Below the pieces are notes generated by a model. The model was given only the letters and a program-made list of their open reading frames with translations, had not been told where the DNA came from and did not search any database. Positions 39,829 to 49,208 of a DNA stretch of 64,000 bases are shown in pieces. Both the position numbers and the translations under genes were made by a program. The stretch's first letter is position 1. Every line of letters begins with the position of its first letter. The DNA comes from Ignavibacteriales bacterium (GTDB taxonomy: Bacteria > Bacteroidota > Ignavibacteria > UBA10030 > UBA6906), in assembly GCA_037441705.1 (NCBI GenBank), contig JBBIRR010000001.1, positions 32,001-96,000 on the forward strand, in the 5' to 3' direction.

Positions 39829-41923
39829 GATCCACCTCCAGTTTGCCTATGAATTCGACATCCGTCTCCGGGGGAAGCTCGGTAAACGACAGCACGGCCA
39901 CATTCGGAAAGGCCGTACGGATGAGCCGATAAAAGTACGGGCGCACGGTGGCAACGCACAGCACAACCGGTTGATACCCGCCGGCCAATGCCGCCTCCAG
40001 ATTGGCCGCCATGCCCTTGTGTATCGCTTCGATAACGTCCGGCGCCAGGCCAAGGCTCGGGCTGCTCTCGCGCTGGTTCTGCAGCGCGTTGGTGATCAGC
40101 TGTTCAAGGCGCGGGCCCATCGCAATTGCATGGATGATTCCCCGCGCATCTTTGTACATCCGCGCAATCGTTTCCGAGAGTGAATGGCGGACGTATTCGG
40201 TCAACACGTCAACGTTCTTCGTCACCCGTGAATAATCCGAGAGTGCCTCGAGAATCGTGACGAGGTCACGGATCGGAATCCCCTCGCGCAGCAGATTCTG
40301 TAACACTTTCTGAATCGTTCCGAAGGGCAGCGTGTCGGGCGTGATCTCTTCGACGACCGCCGGATAGTCCTTCTTGAGATTGTCAATCAGTTTCTTCGTT
40401 TCCTGTCTGCCGAGAATCTTGTCGCAGTTCCGGCGCAGCACTTCCTGGAGATGCGTAGAGAGAACCGCCGCAGGCTCCACCACCGTGTAGCCGGCAAGCT
40501 CAGCAGCCTCCCGATCATGCAACGCGATCCAGATCGCCGGCAAGCCGAACGCCGGCTCCTTTGCCGGAAGACCGTGGATCGTTTCGGAAGCCGCGCCCGG
40601 ATTCATCGCCAGCAGGCGGTCAACAATCAGGGTGTTGGTGGCAACGACGTTGCCGCGTATTTTGATGACGTACTGGTTCGGGTCGAGCTGCAGGTTATCG
40701 CGTACACGGACGGGCGGAATGACGATGCCCAACTCCATCGCAAGCTGTTTGCGGAGGTTGGTAATGCGACCGAACAAGTCACCGCCCTGCGCCTCATCAA
40801 CAAGGGAGATCAAACCATACCCAATCTCGACTTCTATCGGGTCGACCTGGAGATAGTCTTCAATCTTTTCCTGCTGCGGTACGGCGGCTGTTGTCACCGC
40901 TGCGCCGTTCGATTCCTCCTCCTGCTGCTGGTTCTTCATCGTAACCAGGCCGACGGCGCCTGCCACCGTCGAGAGAATCAGGAACGGAATCGTCGGCAGG
41001 CCCGGCACGACGGCAAACAACGCCAACGCGCCGGAAGCAATCAGCATGGCTTTGGGTTTGCCCAGAAGCTGCGCGCGCATTTCACGATCTAACGCATTGC
41101 CCGACGCACTGCGCGTCACGATCATGCCTGCAGCAGTTGCTGTAATCAGCGCGGGGATCTGCGACACAAGGCCGTCGCCGACGGTTAGCAGCGTGTAGCT
41201 CTGCAAGGCATCGAGAAACGTCATTCCCCGCTGCGCAACCCCGATGACGAACCCGCCGACGATGTTGACGAGATTGATCAGCAAACCGGCGATGGCGTCG
41301 CCCTTCACAAACTTGCTTGCGCCGTCCATGGCACCGTAGAATTCCGCCTCACGCGCAATTTCGCGGCGGCGCTGGCGGGCTTGCTCTTCCGTAATCAATC
41401 CGGCGTTCATGTCAGCGTCGATGGCCATCTGCTTCCCGGGCATCGCATCCAGCGTGAATCGTGCAGCAACCTCGGCGATACGTCCGGCGCCCTTGACAAT
41501 CACCACAAACTGAATGATCACCAGAATGATGAAGATGATGAAGCCGACCACGTAGTTCCCTTCCACCACGAACGCGCCGAATGCGTTGATGACTTCTCCC
41601 GCGTACCCGTTGCCGAGGATGAGACGCGTCGATGCAACGTTGAGTGACAGACGGAAAATCGTAAGGATCAGCAGCAGTCCGGGAAACACCGACAGCTCCA
41701 ACGGGTTCGTGATGTACATCGAGACGGTCAGAATCAGAATCGCCAGCGTGATGTTTGCCGAAATCAACACATCCAGAACTACCGCCGGCAGCGGAATGAT
41801 CATCATCGCGAGGATGAGGATGACGCCTACCGCCAGCAGGATGTCCGTATTCCTGCTGAGCAATCGCAGGGAGGGTGACTGCAGCACGCTGCTATTTCCT
41901 GCCGTGGCTTCCATAATGCTCAT
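39818..41923 (-). CDS. flhA: Flagellar export gate protein FlhA
   Basis: RIAEVAARFTLDAMPGKQMAIDAD, FYGAMDGASKFVKGDA, GDGLVSQIPAL. Confidence 0.97.
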   Translation of the reverse strand: MSIMEATAGNSSVLQSPSLRLLSRNTDILLAVGVILILAMMIIPLPAVVLDVLISANITLAILILTVSMYITNPLELSVFPGLLLILTIFRLSLNVASTRLILGNGYAGEVINAFGAFVVEGNYVVGFIIFIILVIIQFVVIVKGAGRIAEVAARFTLDAMPGKQMAIDADMNAGLITEEQARQRRREIAREAEFYGAMDGASKFVKGDAIAGLLINLVNIVGGFVIGVAQRGMTFLDALQSYTLLTVGDGLVSQIPALITATAAGMIVTRSASGNALDREMRAQLLGKPKAMLIASGALALFAVVPGLPTIPFLILSTVAGAVGLVTMKNQQQEEESNGAAVTTAAVPQQEKIEDYLQVDPIEVEIGYGLISLVDEAQGGDLFGRITNLRKQLAMELGIVIPPVRVRDNLQLDPNQYVIKIRGNVVATNTLIVDRLLAMNPGAASETIHGLPAKEPAFGLPAIWIALHDREAAELAGYTVVEPAAVLSTHLQEVLRRNCDKILGRQETKKLIDNLKKDYPAVVEEITPDTLPFGTIQKVLQNLLREGIPIRDLVTILEALSDYSRVTKNVDVLTEYVRHSLSETIARMYKDARGIIHAIAMGPRLEQLITNALQNQRESSPSLGLAPDVIEAIHKGMAANLEAALAGGYQPVVLCVATVRPYFYRLIRTAFPNVAVLSFTELPPETDVEFIGKLEVDHAH

Positions 41924-43011
41924 TCATGCACGTACGATGTCCGGCGTTCGTCCCTCATGCGATAGACAAACGCAAGAACGTGGGCGACGGCCTGGAAGAG
42001 TTTTTCGGGAATCTCCTCTCCAACCTCCACCATTTTGTACAGCATCTGCGCGAGAGGTTTGTCCTCGACGATCGGCACGTCGTGCTCGCGCGCAATCTCC
42101 TTGATGCGTTCGGCAATCAGGTTGGCGCCTTTGGCAACGACGCGCGGAGCATTCATCTTGCCCATCTCGTACTTGAGGGCGACGGCAAGGTGCGTCGGGT
42201 TGGTAACGACAACATCGGCCTTCGGAACATCCTGCATCATGCGGCGGTACGCGATCTGACGCTGGATGGTGCGGATGCGGCTCTTGATGAGCGGATCGCC
42301 TTCCGCTTCCTTCGCCTCTTCCTTTTGTTCATGCTTCGTCATCCGCAAGGATTTCTCATACTCGAACCGCTGGAACAGATAGTCTGCAGCAGCAAGCACG
42401 AAGAACGCCAGCCCCACTTTCATCCCGACCTGTACCGCCGACTTGGCCATGAACTCGAGAATCGCCCCTGTGTCACTGTCGACCAGCACCACCGCTTCGG
42501 AGATAACGGTCTGCGTTGCGTTGTACGCCACAAGTCCGACGATCACGATCTTCAGCATGCCCTTCGCCAATTCCACAAGAGAGCGAACGGAAAGCATCAC
42601 GCGCTTCATGCCGGCAAGCGGATTCAGTTTGGAGAATTTCGGTTTCAGCGGCTCCCATGTAAATAGAAAGCCTACCTGCGCGACACTGGCAATCACTCCC
42701 ACCATCAGTAAGCCCGCGAGAATCGGGATGAGCGCGAGAAGAAAACCGAACAGCCCGTCGGCAAACAGACGATGAATGTTCTCTGCATTGAGATCGAGGC
42801 CGGAAAGGTTGCCAAACAGCTCTCGCGCCATCGCGGCAAGCTTTTCCGCCAGCAGCGCTCCGCTGAAATAAAGGATCAGCAGGCCGAACAGCAGAACGAG
42901 GGCAGAATTCACGTCCAGCGATTTCGCCACGCTTCCCTTTGCTCGTGCGTCCCCGCGTTTTTTTGGGGACGCCGGTTCGGTTCTTTCTTCAGCCGATTCG
43001 AATTCCGCCAT
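41920..43011 (-). CDS. flhB: Export switch protein FlhB
   Basis: ERTEPASPKK, EGDPLIKSRIR, NPTH autocleavage motif. Confidence 0.97.
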   Translation of the reverse strand: MAEFESAEERTEPASPKKRGDARAKGSVAKSLDVNSALVLLFGLLILYFSGALLAEKLAAMARELFGNLSGLDLNAENIHRLFADGLFGFLLALIPILAGLLMVGVIASVAQVGFLFTWEPLKPKFSKLNPLAGMKRVMLSVRSLVELAKGMLKIVIVGLVAYNATQTVISEAVVLVDSDTGAILEFMAKSAVQVGMKVGLAFFVLAAADYLFQRFEYEKSLRMTKHEQKEEAKEAEGDPLIKSRIRTIQRQIAYRRMMQDVPKADVVVTNPTHLAVALKYEMGKMNAPRVVAKGANLIAERIKEIAREHDVPIVEDKPLAQMLYKMVEVGEEIPEKLFQAVAHVLAFVYRMRDERRTSYVHE

Positions 43012-43014
43012 GAC

Positions 43015-43782
43015 TTACAGGACCTTCACCAGTTCGAGCATGTTTTCCTGAAATGCAGCCAACAGCTTCTTGAACACAAACACCAACAGCGGCAGCGACG
43101 TCATGAACGCCAACAGCCCGACGCCCACCTTCAACGGGAAGACAACCGCAAACAGATTCATTTGCGGCATCACGCGCGAGAGGATGGACAGGGCGACATT
43201 GATGAGGAACATCGTCACCATCACGGGCGCGGCAAGCTTCACGGCAATCACGAACATCATCCCGCCCACCTTGATGAGCTGACCGACCGCCTCGCCGCCG
43301 AGCGTGAAACTTCCCATCGGCACGCTCGCGTAACTCAGTTGTAGCGCCTCGAGTACGTAGTGATGGCCGTTCAGCAGAACGAAGACCATGATCATCAGCA
43401 GATACAAGGACTCGCTGATGACCGACGCATGCGTGTTACTTTCAGGGTCGAACATCGCCGCCAGCGAGAGACCCGAATCGATCGCAATCAACTCACCCGC
43501 ATAGCGGACGCCGGCAAACAGCAGGCCTGCCGCGAAACCGATCAGCAGGCCGACGGCGGCCTCCTTGAGAACGGTGAGGCTCAGGGGAATCAGGTCGGCG
43601 TTCACGACTGCACCCTGGCCTGCCGCAAGAGGATACATGACGAATGCAACGAACATCCCGATGGCCACCTTTACCTGCACGGGAATCGCCATGTGCCCTA
43701 ACATCGGCGCGACCACGATCATCGCGGTGACGCGGACGAACAGCATGAGGAAGACAAGAAATTGGTCGGCAAACACTTCCAT
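43015..43782 (-). CDS. fliR: Flagellar export protein FliR
   Basis: Multi-TM; RVMPQMNLF..FPLK. Confidence 0.94.
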   Translation of the reverse strand: MEVFADQFLVFLMLFVRVTAMIVVAPMLGHMAIPVQVKVAIGMFVAFVMYPLAAGQGAVVNADLIPLSLTVLKEAAVGLLIGFAAGLLFAGVRYAGELIAIDSGLSLAAMFDPESNTHASVISESLYLLMIMVFVLLNGHHYVLEALQLSYASVPMGSFTLGGEAVGQLIKVGGMMFVIAVKLAAPVMVTMFLINVALSILSRVMPQMNLFAVVFPLKVGVGLLAFMTSLPLLVFVFKKLLAAFQENMLELVKVL

Positions 43783-43785
43783 GGC

Positions 43786-44055
43786 TCACCGCACAAGTGA
43801 TGGGATTTGGTGATACAGATTTGTGGTAAAGCCGACAAGTGTATCAATCATCCATGGCAGCGTCAGCACAAGCACAATGGCGAGTACGATCAGCTTGGGG
43901 ACGAACGATAACGTAAACTCCTGGATCGACGTTGCTGCCTGAAGAACCGAGACGACCAGGCCGACGATCAGCGATGCAAGAAGCAGCGGCGCCGCCACCA
44001 TCATCCCGGTAGAGAACGCCTCGCGAAACAAATGCACGACGAATTCAACATTCAT
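43786..44055 (-). CDS. fliQ: Flagellar export protein FliQ
   Basis: QAATSIQEFTLSFVPK..LPWM. Confidence 0.95.
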   Translation of the reverse strand: MNVEFVVHLFREAFSTGMMVAAPLLLASLIVGLVVSVLQAATSIQEFTLSFVPKLIVLAIVLVLTLPWMIDTLVGFTTNLYHQIPSLVR

Positions 44056-44064
44056 ACACTCTTC

Positions 44065-44814
44065 CTATCGAAAACTCTGCATGAGAGAATCAACAACGAG
44101 ATGCCATCCATCGACCAGAATGAAGAGCAGAATCTTGAACGGCATCGACACCATGACGGGCGGCAGCATCATCATGCCCATGGACATCAGGATGCTGGCC
44201 ACCACCATGTCGATGATGATAAAGGGAATGAACAGGATGAATCCGATCTGAAACCCGACGCGCAGCTCGCTGATAGCATACGCCGGCACGAGCGCATAGG
44301 TCGGCACCTCATTCCTGCTTTTCGGCTTCTCGACGCCGGCAAATTTCAGGAACAGCCCCAGGTCCTCTTCTCGCGTCTGGCGGAACATGAACTCGCGGAT
44401 CGGCTCGACGCCCTTGTCGTACGCTTCCTGCAGCGTCATCTTTTTCTGCAAGTACGGCTGCAGTGCCTGATCGTTGACTTTACTCCACGTCGGCGCCATG
44501 ACGAAGAACGTGAGAAACATCGCCAGCCCGATCAAAACCTGCGCAGGCGGCATCTGCGGCGTGCCCATGGCCTGCTTGAGAAAGTGAAACACGACGATGA
44601 TGCGCGTGAAGGCTGTTGTGAGAATCAAAATCGCCGGCGCAAGGGAAAGGATTGTCATCAGGAACAGAATCTGCAGCGTCACCGACACGTCGTCGGGACT
44701 GGTTGCCTTGCCTACCTCAACGGAGAGTTTCGGGAAAGGCAACGTCTTTTCTTGCCCCTGCGCAATGCCGCTCACCATCAACAAAAAGAAACCCAGCAGA
44801 AGAACTCGCCGCAT
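44065..44814 (-). CDS. fliP: Flagellar export protein FliP
   Basis: TAFTRIIVV, PPAQVLIGLA, LMSMGMMMLPP, LFILVDGW. Confidence 0.96.
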   Translation of the reverse strand: MRRVLLLGFFLLMVSGIAQGQEKTLPFPKLSVEVGKATSPDDVSVTLQILFLMTILSLAPAILILTTAFTRIIVVFHFLKQAMGTPQMPPAQVLIGLAMFLTFFVMAPTWSKVNDQALQPYLQKKMTLQEAYDKGVEPIREFMFRQTREEDLGLFLKFAGVEKPKSRNEVPTYALVPAYAISELRVGFQIGFILFIPFIIIDMVVASILMSMGMMMLPPVMVSMPFKILLFILVDGWHLVVDSLMQSFR

Positions 44815-45215
44815 CAGGAAGCTCCTTTGGCTGCAAGCTTGGTGAGCTGAAGCGCCAACGCACGCGCGAAGGACGGCGATGTCCCGGCGCCTGTGCGTAC
44901 CGCTGCTGCGGTGTCACCGTTTCGCGCGGCAAGTTTGTCCGCAATCTGCTGTAGACTCCGCTCGTCGTTCAGCTCTCCCAACGTCTGCATCCCGTGCTCG
45001 CTCACGCCGAGGATCAAAACCTTGTTCATCACCTTGACGACGGAGATGACCCGTTTGGGTTGAAGCATCATCGTTCCCAATACTCTCATCTCTACGATGT
45101 GAGACGAAGAAGATCGTCCGCCGAGCATGAATCTTTTCATGACGAACACGACGGCTCCCATCAACGCGAGGACGGCGGCCAGCGAAAGCAACGTTTTGAC
45201 AACGACCCACTCCAT
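44814..45215 (-). CDS. fliO: Flagellar export chaperone FliO
   Basis: N-terminal TM, then VVKV..LILGVS..LGEL; between fliN and fliP. Confidence 0.82.
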   Translation of the reverse strand: MEWVVVKTLLSLAAVLALMGAVVFVMKRFMLGGRSSSSHIVEMRVLGTMMLQPKRVISVVKVMNKVLILGVSEHGMQTLGELNDERSLQQIADKLAARNGDTAAAVRTGAGTSPSFARALALQLTKLAAKGAS

Positions 45216-45218
45216 CAG

Positions 45219-45638
45219 CTATTTCCCGAGGCCCTTGATCCGTTCGGAGGTGTTCACCAGATTCGTGACCCGAATCGCGAAATGCTTATCAATCACGACC
45301 ACTTCGCCTTCTGCCATCTTCTTGCCGTTGACGACGATATCCACCGGCTCACTTGCCATTTTGTCGAACTCGATGATGGACCCGCGCCGCAGATCGAGCA
45401 CGCTGCGAATCTCCAGCTCCGTTCTGCCCAACTCGATCGAGACGGGCAGCATTAGACCCATCAGGAGATCCAGCTTTCGATCGTGGCCGCTCGACGTCAC
45501 TTGCTCGTCCGCGGCTTCGAACTGCTGAAACTCCGCTGCCCGAATTTCCGTGTCACCGGCAGGGACGTCTGCCTCTCCCTCTTTCTTCTGCTCGCGCGAA
45601 GGAAACTTCAACATCTCGTCGTTCTTGATTTGTTCCAT
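45219..45638 (-). CDS. fliN: Motor switch protein FliN
   Basis: VSIELGRT, EPVDIVVNGK.MAEGEVVVID..FAIRVT. Confidence 0.94.
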   Translation of the reverse strand: MEQIKNDEMLKFPSREQKKEGEADVPAGDTEIRAAEFQQFEAADEQVTSSGHDRKLDLLMGLMLPVSIELGRTELEIRSVLDLRRGSIIEFDKMASEPVDIVVNGKKMAEGEVVVIDKHFAIRVTNLVNTSERIKGLGK

Positions 45639-45644
45639 GATATT

Positions 45645-46646
45645 CTACCCGTTGTTGTCACTATCCACGATGATGCGAGTGATTTTCAATGCCGCCTTGC
45701 CGTTGGAGATGCCGGGGCGCCCGCGTGCCCGCAGACGCCCGCCTATGAGCAACTGCATCTCGCCGTTGATGGGCGTGTTGGTGATCAGGAGGTCCCCCAC
45801 CTCCAACTCTTTCAGCTGCCGCAGCGTCATCGTCGTTTCGCCCAAGATACAGGCGGCCGGAACTTTGGTCGGTTCGAGCGTGTGCAGGATGGCGCCCGTC
45901 CATTCCTTGTGCTCGAGTGTCCGCTGCATGTTTGTATGATGCTGGATTTGAAGAGTTGCCAGCACGTCTTCCAGAGCCAGCGTCGGGAAGCAGAGCGACA
46001 TGCCGTAGCGATGCTCGCCCAGCATAACATCCAACTTCACCACCAGCACAATTTCGCTCGTCGGCGCAATCTGTATGAAGTCCGCTTCGGTCTCATAGCG
46101 ATCGAGGGCAAAATCGCTTTCGATGATGGATGACCATGCACGCTGGAGTTCGCTCAGCGCACGCTGGACAATGCTCTTGACGATGTTTTGCTCAATCCGG
46201 GTAATGGGGCGAGACTCAGCAACCTTCTCCGTCGCACCCCCAAGCATGCGCGAGATAATGGCAAGCAGAAGCGCCGGGTTGAACTCCATCACCGCTTTCG
46301 CACCGAGCCGCTCTATATTGAACACATACAGACAACTCGGCCGGGCTGTCGCAACAACATACTCCGCGTAGAACATCTGATCAACCGACACCACGCTCAC
46401 CGATGCTGTTGTCTGCAAGCGCGAGACGAGGAACGAGCTGAACGCCTCGGCAAAGTTATCATGAACGGTGTTGAACGTCTGCATCTGACGGCTGGAAAGA
46501 CGGCGCGGCATACGGAAATCGAACCGCACGATCTCGCGCGGCAGCTCCTGGCTGCGTTCCTTCCGCTGCTCGCCCCCTTCTGCTTCCTTCTCGCCGAGAT
46601 CGGACAGCAAGGTGTTGATTTCCTGTTGCGAGAGAATCTCTGCCAT
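45645..46646 (-). CDS. fliM: Motor switch protein FliM
   Basis: ILSQQEINTLL CheY-binding motif, FDFRMP, C-terminal SpoA domain. Confidence 0.93.
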   Translation of the reverse strand: MAEILSQQEINTLLSDLGEKEAEGGEQRKERSQELPREIVRFDFRMPRRLSSRQMQTFNTVHDNFAEAFSSFLVSRLQTTASVSVVSVDQMFYAEYVVATARPSCLYVFNIERLGAKAVMEFNPALLLAIISRMLGGATEKVAESRPITRIEQNIVKSIVQRALSELQRAWSSIIESDFALDRYETEADFIQIAPTSEIVLVVKLDVMLGEHRYGMSLCFPTLALEDVLATLQIQHHTNMQRTLEHKEWTGAILHTLEPTKVPAACILGETTMTLRQLKELEVGDLLITNTPINGEMQLLIGGRLRARGRPGISNGKAALKITRIIVDSDNNG

Positions 46647-46656
46647 TGCTGTACGG

Positions 46657-47205
46657 TTATTGGATGATGTACTTGCTGAAGTATACGCTGGTCAGCTTGC
46701 CGGATTTCACCAGCTCCTTGCCGCGCTGAAAGATCTCCTGTCGCAGCAACTCACGTTTCGAGACATCAATCAAATCTTCCATGCTTTTGCTGGTGAGAAT
46801 CGAGTTCAGGGCGTCACGCACGGCCATTTCTTTTTTCTCCATTTCCTTCCGCGCTTCTTCCGAGTTGAGATTGAAACCGATGGTGGTTAACAAATAGCGC
46901 TGGCCGTTCGTCCCGGCGGGATTGATAATCAGATCCTTGATGACAAAGACAAACTCTTCCTGCGGCTCGGCAGCGGTTTCTTCTGCGACGTCAGGGCTGG
47001 TCGCATGGGTTTGCGTTGCATGGGCCGGAGAAATGGCCGCGGCATTTTGCAGCGATAAGGGCACAAGAAACCGTGCCGTCAGGAAATACACCAGCACGAG
47101 TTGAACAAGAAATGCAGGCACGCCGATGAGCAACACTTTCTTGAGCGTCCCGGGTTCTTTCTCGGCCTTCTGGTCGGTCGGTTGTGGGGAAGTTTCATCA
47201 GCCAT
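46657..47205 (-). CDS. fliL: Flagellar basal body-associated FliL
   Basis: Single TM, IINPAG..RYL, VRDALNSIL.SK, VYFSKYIIQ. Confidence 0.9.
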   Translation of the reverse strand: MADETSPQPTDQKAEKEPGTLKKVLLIGVPAFLVQLVLVYFLTARFLVPLSLQNAAAISPAHATQTHATSPDVAEETAAEPQEEFVFVIKDLIINPAGTNGQRYLLTTIGFNLNSEEARKEMEKKEMAVRDALNSILTSKSMEDLIDVSKRELLRQEIFQRGKELVKSGKLTSVYFSKYIIQ

Positions 47206-47244
47206 GGACAAATCCTTGTGAGTATTCGTGTTGCACACAGAAAG

Positions 47245-47260
47245 GTCAAACCGTATGCCA
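47245..47260 (-). promoter_or_regulatory. Sigma54-like promoter upstream of fliL (imperfect -12)
   Basis: Minus strand TGGCAT-ACGGT-TTGAC versus consensus TGGCAC-N5-TTGC; ~40 nt before the ATG. Confidence 0.45.
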
Positions 47261-47422
47261 TCGGAAGAATTCTTGAAATCTTAAGAGGAAGGACGAGGAA
47301 TCGTGGAGAAACGCACGCGCATGTGCAGTCGCAGATCCGACGTGCCGTGCGTTGGTGGCTAATATCGGCCAACTGGTTTTCGCACGCTGCGGGTGATGCG
47401 TTGATCGGCAGCGGAAGAATAT

Positions 47423-47453
47423 CGGGCAGCTCGCTGCGTCAGCAAGCTGCCCG
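47423..47453 (-). terminator. GC-rich hairpin right after flgE (terminator or mRNA stabiliser)
   Basis: CGGGCAGCT...AGCTGCCCG inverted repeat; weak U-tract. Confidence 0.55.
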
Positions 47454-47464
47454 GTTCGTTCCGA

Positions 47465-48709
47465 TTACCGCCGCAGGTTGATTGTTTCCTGGAGAATCTC
47501 GTCGGTCACGGTGATGATTCTGGCGTTTGACTGGTAGCCGCGCTGCGCTACAATCATTCTCGTGAATTCTTCCGCAAGATCCACGTTGGATTGTTCCAGC
47601 ACGCCGCTCGCAATTTCGGAGCTGGAGCCATCACCGGCAACCACATACGCCGCGTTTCCGGAGTTTCCGGTTACTGAATACAGACCGTCTCCCTCCTTGA
47701 ACAAGCCGCCCGGATTGTTCAACTCGGCAAGAATGATCTGCCCCAGCGTAATGGTTGTGCCATTGGAGAATTTCCCCTGCACCTTCCCGTTCTTCTCCAC
47801 GATGATATTCTCCAACGTGCCGGAGGCGTATCCATCCTGATCCCGCATGCTGATGAGGGAGTTGCCGGAGGTTTGCGTGATGCCGCCGAACTGTCCGGGC
47901 GTCCCTGCATCGAGCGTAAAGCTCACGGGGTTCGCACCGTTGGTCGGCGTAAACGCAATGGGAGTGCCTGTCGATGTCAGCAGCGTACCGCTTCCGTCGA
48001 ACGTCAGTGCGCCGTTGCCGATGGAGCCCGATTGTCCCGTGAGTGTCGCATCCCACGTCCACGTGTTGGGACCCGTCTTTGTGAACGTAACGGTGACGGA
48101 GTGTTGGTTTCCTAGAGAATCATACACCTGGAATGTTGTTTGGACGGTTCCGTTGACCGCCGTGCCGCTGTCGAGGTTGCCCGCCAGTTTCACCGACGTC
48201 GTTGCTTTCGCCGGTGCTTTCCGGTCGAATGCGAACCGTAGGTTCGTGATGGGCGCATCCACCGGAATCGTTCCATCGGGATCGGCAAGGCGTCCTTGCA
48301 GCACCGCCCCGTTGCTGGGCAACACCATATTCCCCGCCGCGTCGAACGTGAAGTTCCCGACGCGGGTCAGGTACTCCTGATTGCCTCGTTTGACCACGAA
48401 GAACCCTGCGCCCGTGACCGCCAGATCGGTTGACGAGCCTGTGCCTTCGAGATTGCCCTGCGTGAACAGCGACTGAATGGCGCCAACGCTCGCACCCAAC
48501 CCGATCTGCTGTGGGTTCACGCCGCCGTTCTCGCCCGTCGGACGGAAGGCGCTGAGGCGAGTCTGTGAGAACATCTCCGCAAACATTGCACGCGAGGTTT
48601 TGAACCCGATGGTGTTGATGTTGGAGATGTTGTTGCCGATGACATCCAGCATCACCTGATGGTTGCGCAACCCGGAGATGCCGGAGAAGAGTGACGTGTA
48701 GAGTGACAT
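47465..48709 (-). CDS. flgE: Flagellar hook protein FlgE
   Basis: GNNISNINTIGFK, VYDSLGNQH, QDGYASG, LEQSNVDLAEEFTRMIVAQRGYQSNAR. Confidence 0.96.
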   Translation of the reverse strand: MSLYTSLFSGISGLRNHQVMLDVIGNNISNINTIGFKTSRAMFAEMFSQTRLSAFRPTGENGGVNPQQIGLGASVGAIQSLFTQGNLEGTGSSTDLAVTGAGFFVVKRGNQEYLTRVGNFTFDAAGNMVLPSNGAVLQGRLADPDGTIPVDAPITNLRFAFDRKAPAKATTSVKLAGNLDSGTAVNGTVQTTFQVYDSLGNQHSVTVTFTKTGPNTWTWDATLTGQSGSIGNGALTFDGSGTLLTSTGTPIAFTPTNGANPVSFTLDAGTPGQFGGITQTSGNSLISMRDQDGYASGTLENIIVEKNGKVQGKFSNGTTITLGQIILAELNNPGGLFKEGDGLYSVTGNSGNAAYVVAGDGSSSEIASGVLEQSNVDLAEEFTRMIVAQRGYQSNARIITVTDEILQETINLRR

Positions 48710-48747
48710 AGTTGTACCCCCTTGTGTTTGTTGTTGATGAAAAATGT

Positions 48748-48803
48748 GTCGGACCTCTGTCAGTCAGTCCGACCGGGGGCCTCCTCGTTTCGAGGACCGG
48801 CCC
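48748..48803 (-). other. Two-hairpin structured RNA candidate in the flgE 5' region
   Basis: Minus strand GGGCC-GG-TCCTCG-aaa-CGAGGA-GGCCC, then GTCGGAC-TGACTGACAGAG-GTCCGAC. Confidence 0.55.
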
Positions 48804-48816
48804 ACTTCTGTTTGTT

Positions 48817-49203
48817 CTATCCTGCGATCACCGCACTATCAATATTGGTGAAGACATTGTCCTTCATGTTCTCACCGTGCATCGCGGTGACAACCGTTTT
48901 GTTCTTGACGCTGACGATGAACGCCATATCACGCAAAAGCACCAGCGAATCAGTAGCTCCCTTCTTCTCAGCAAGAGCAATCGCGTGCTGAAGGTCCGCA
49001 AGGTCCTGTTGATCGAGCCGGATGTTCCGTTCGTTCAGGCGATCCTGCGCGTGTTTCGAGAAACGTACCTCCTGCAGTTCCTTCTGGAACACGGCGTCGA
49101 ACGAACGCTCGGCCGGAAGCGGCACCGGCGGCTTTTGCTTCAGCCCTTCGACTCCGCCGACCGGCAGGAAAGGCACCTTCACGCCGTTAATGATCTCCGC
49201 CAT
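48817..49203 (-). CDS. Flagellar operon protein, TIGR02530-type
   Basis: FSKHAQDRLNERNI..AEKKGATDSLVL..AFIVSVKNKTVVTAM..VFTNIDSAVI; between flgD and flgE. Confidence 0.88.
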   Translation of the reverse strand: MAEIINGVKVPFLPVGGVEGLKQKPPVPLPAERSFDAVFQKELQEVRFSKHAQDRLNERNIRLDQQDLADLQHAIALAEKKGATDSLVLLRDMAFIVSVKNKTVVTAMHGENMKDNVFTNIDSAVIAG

Positions 49204-49208
49204 CGTCT

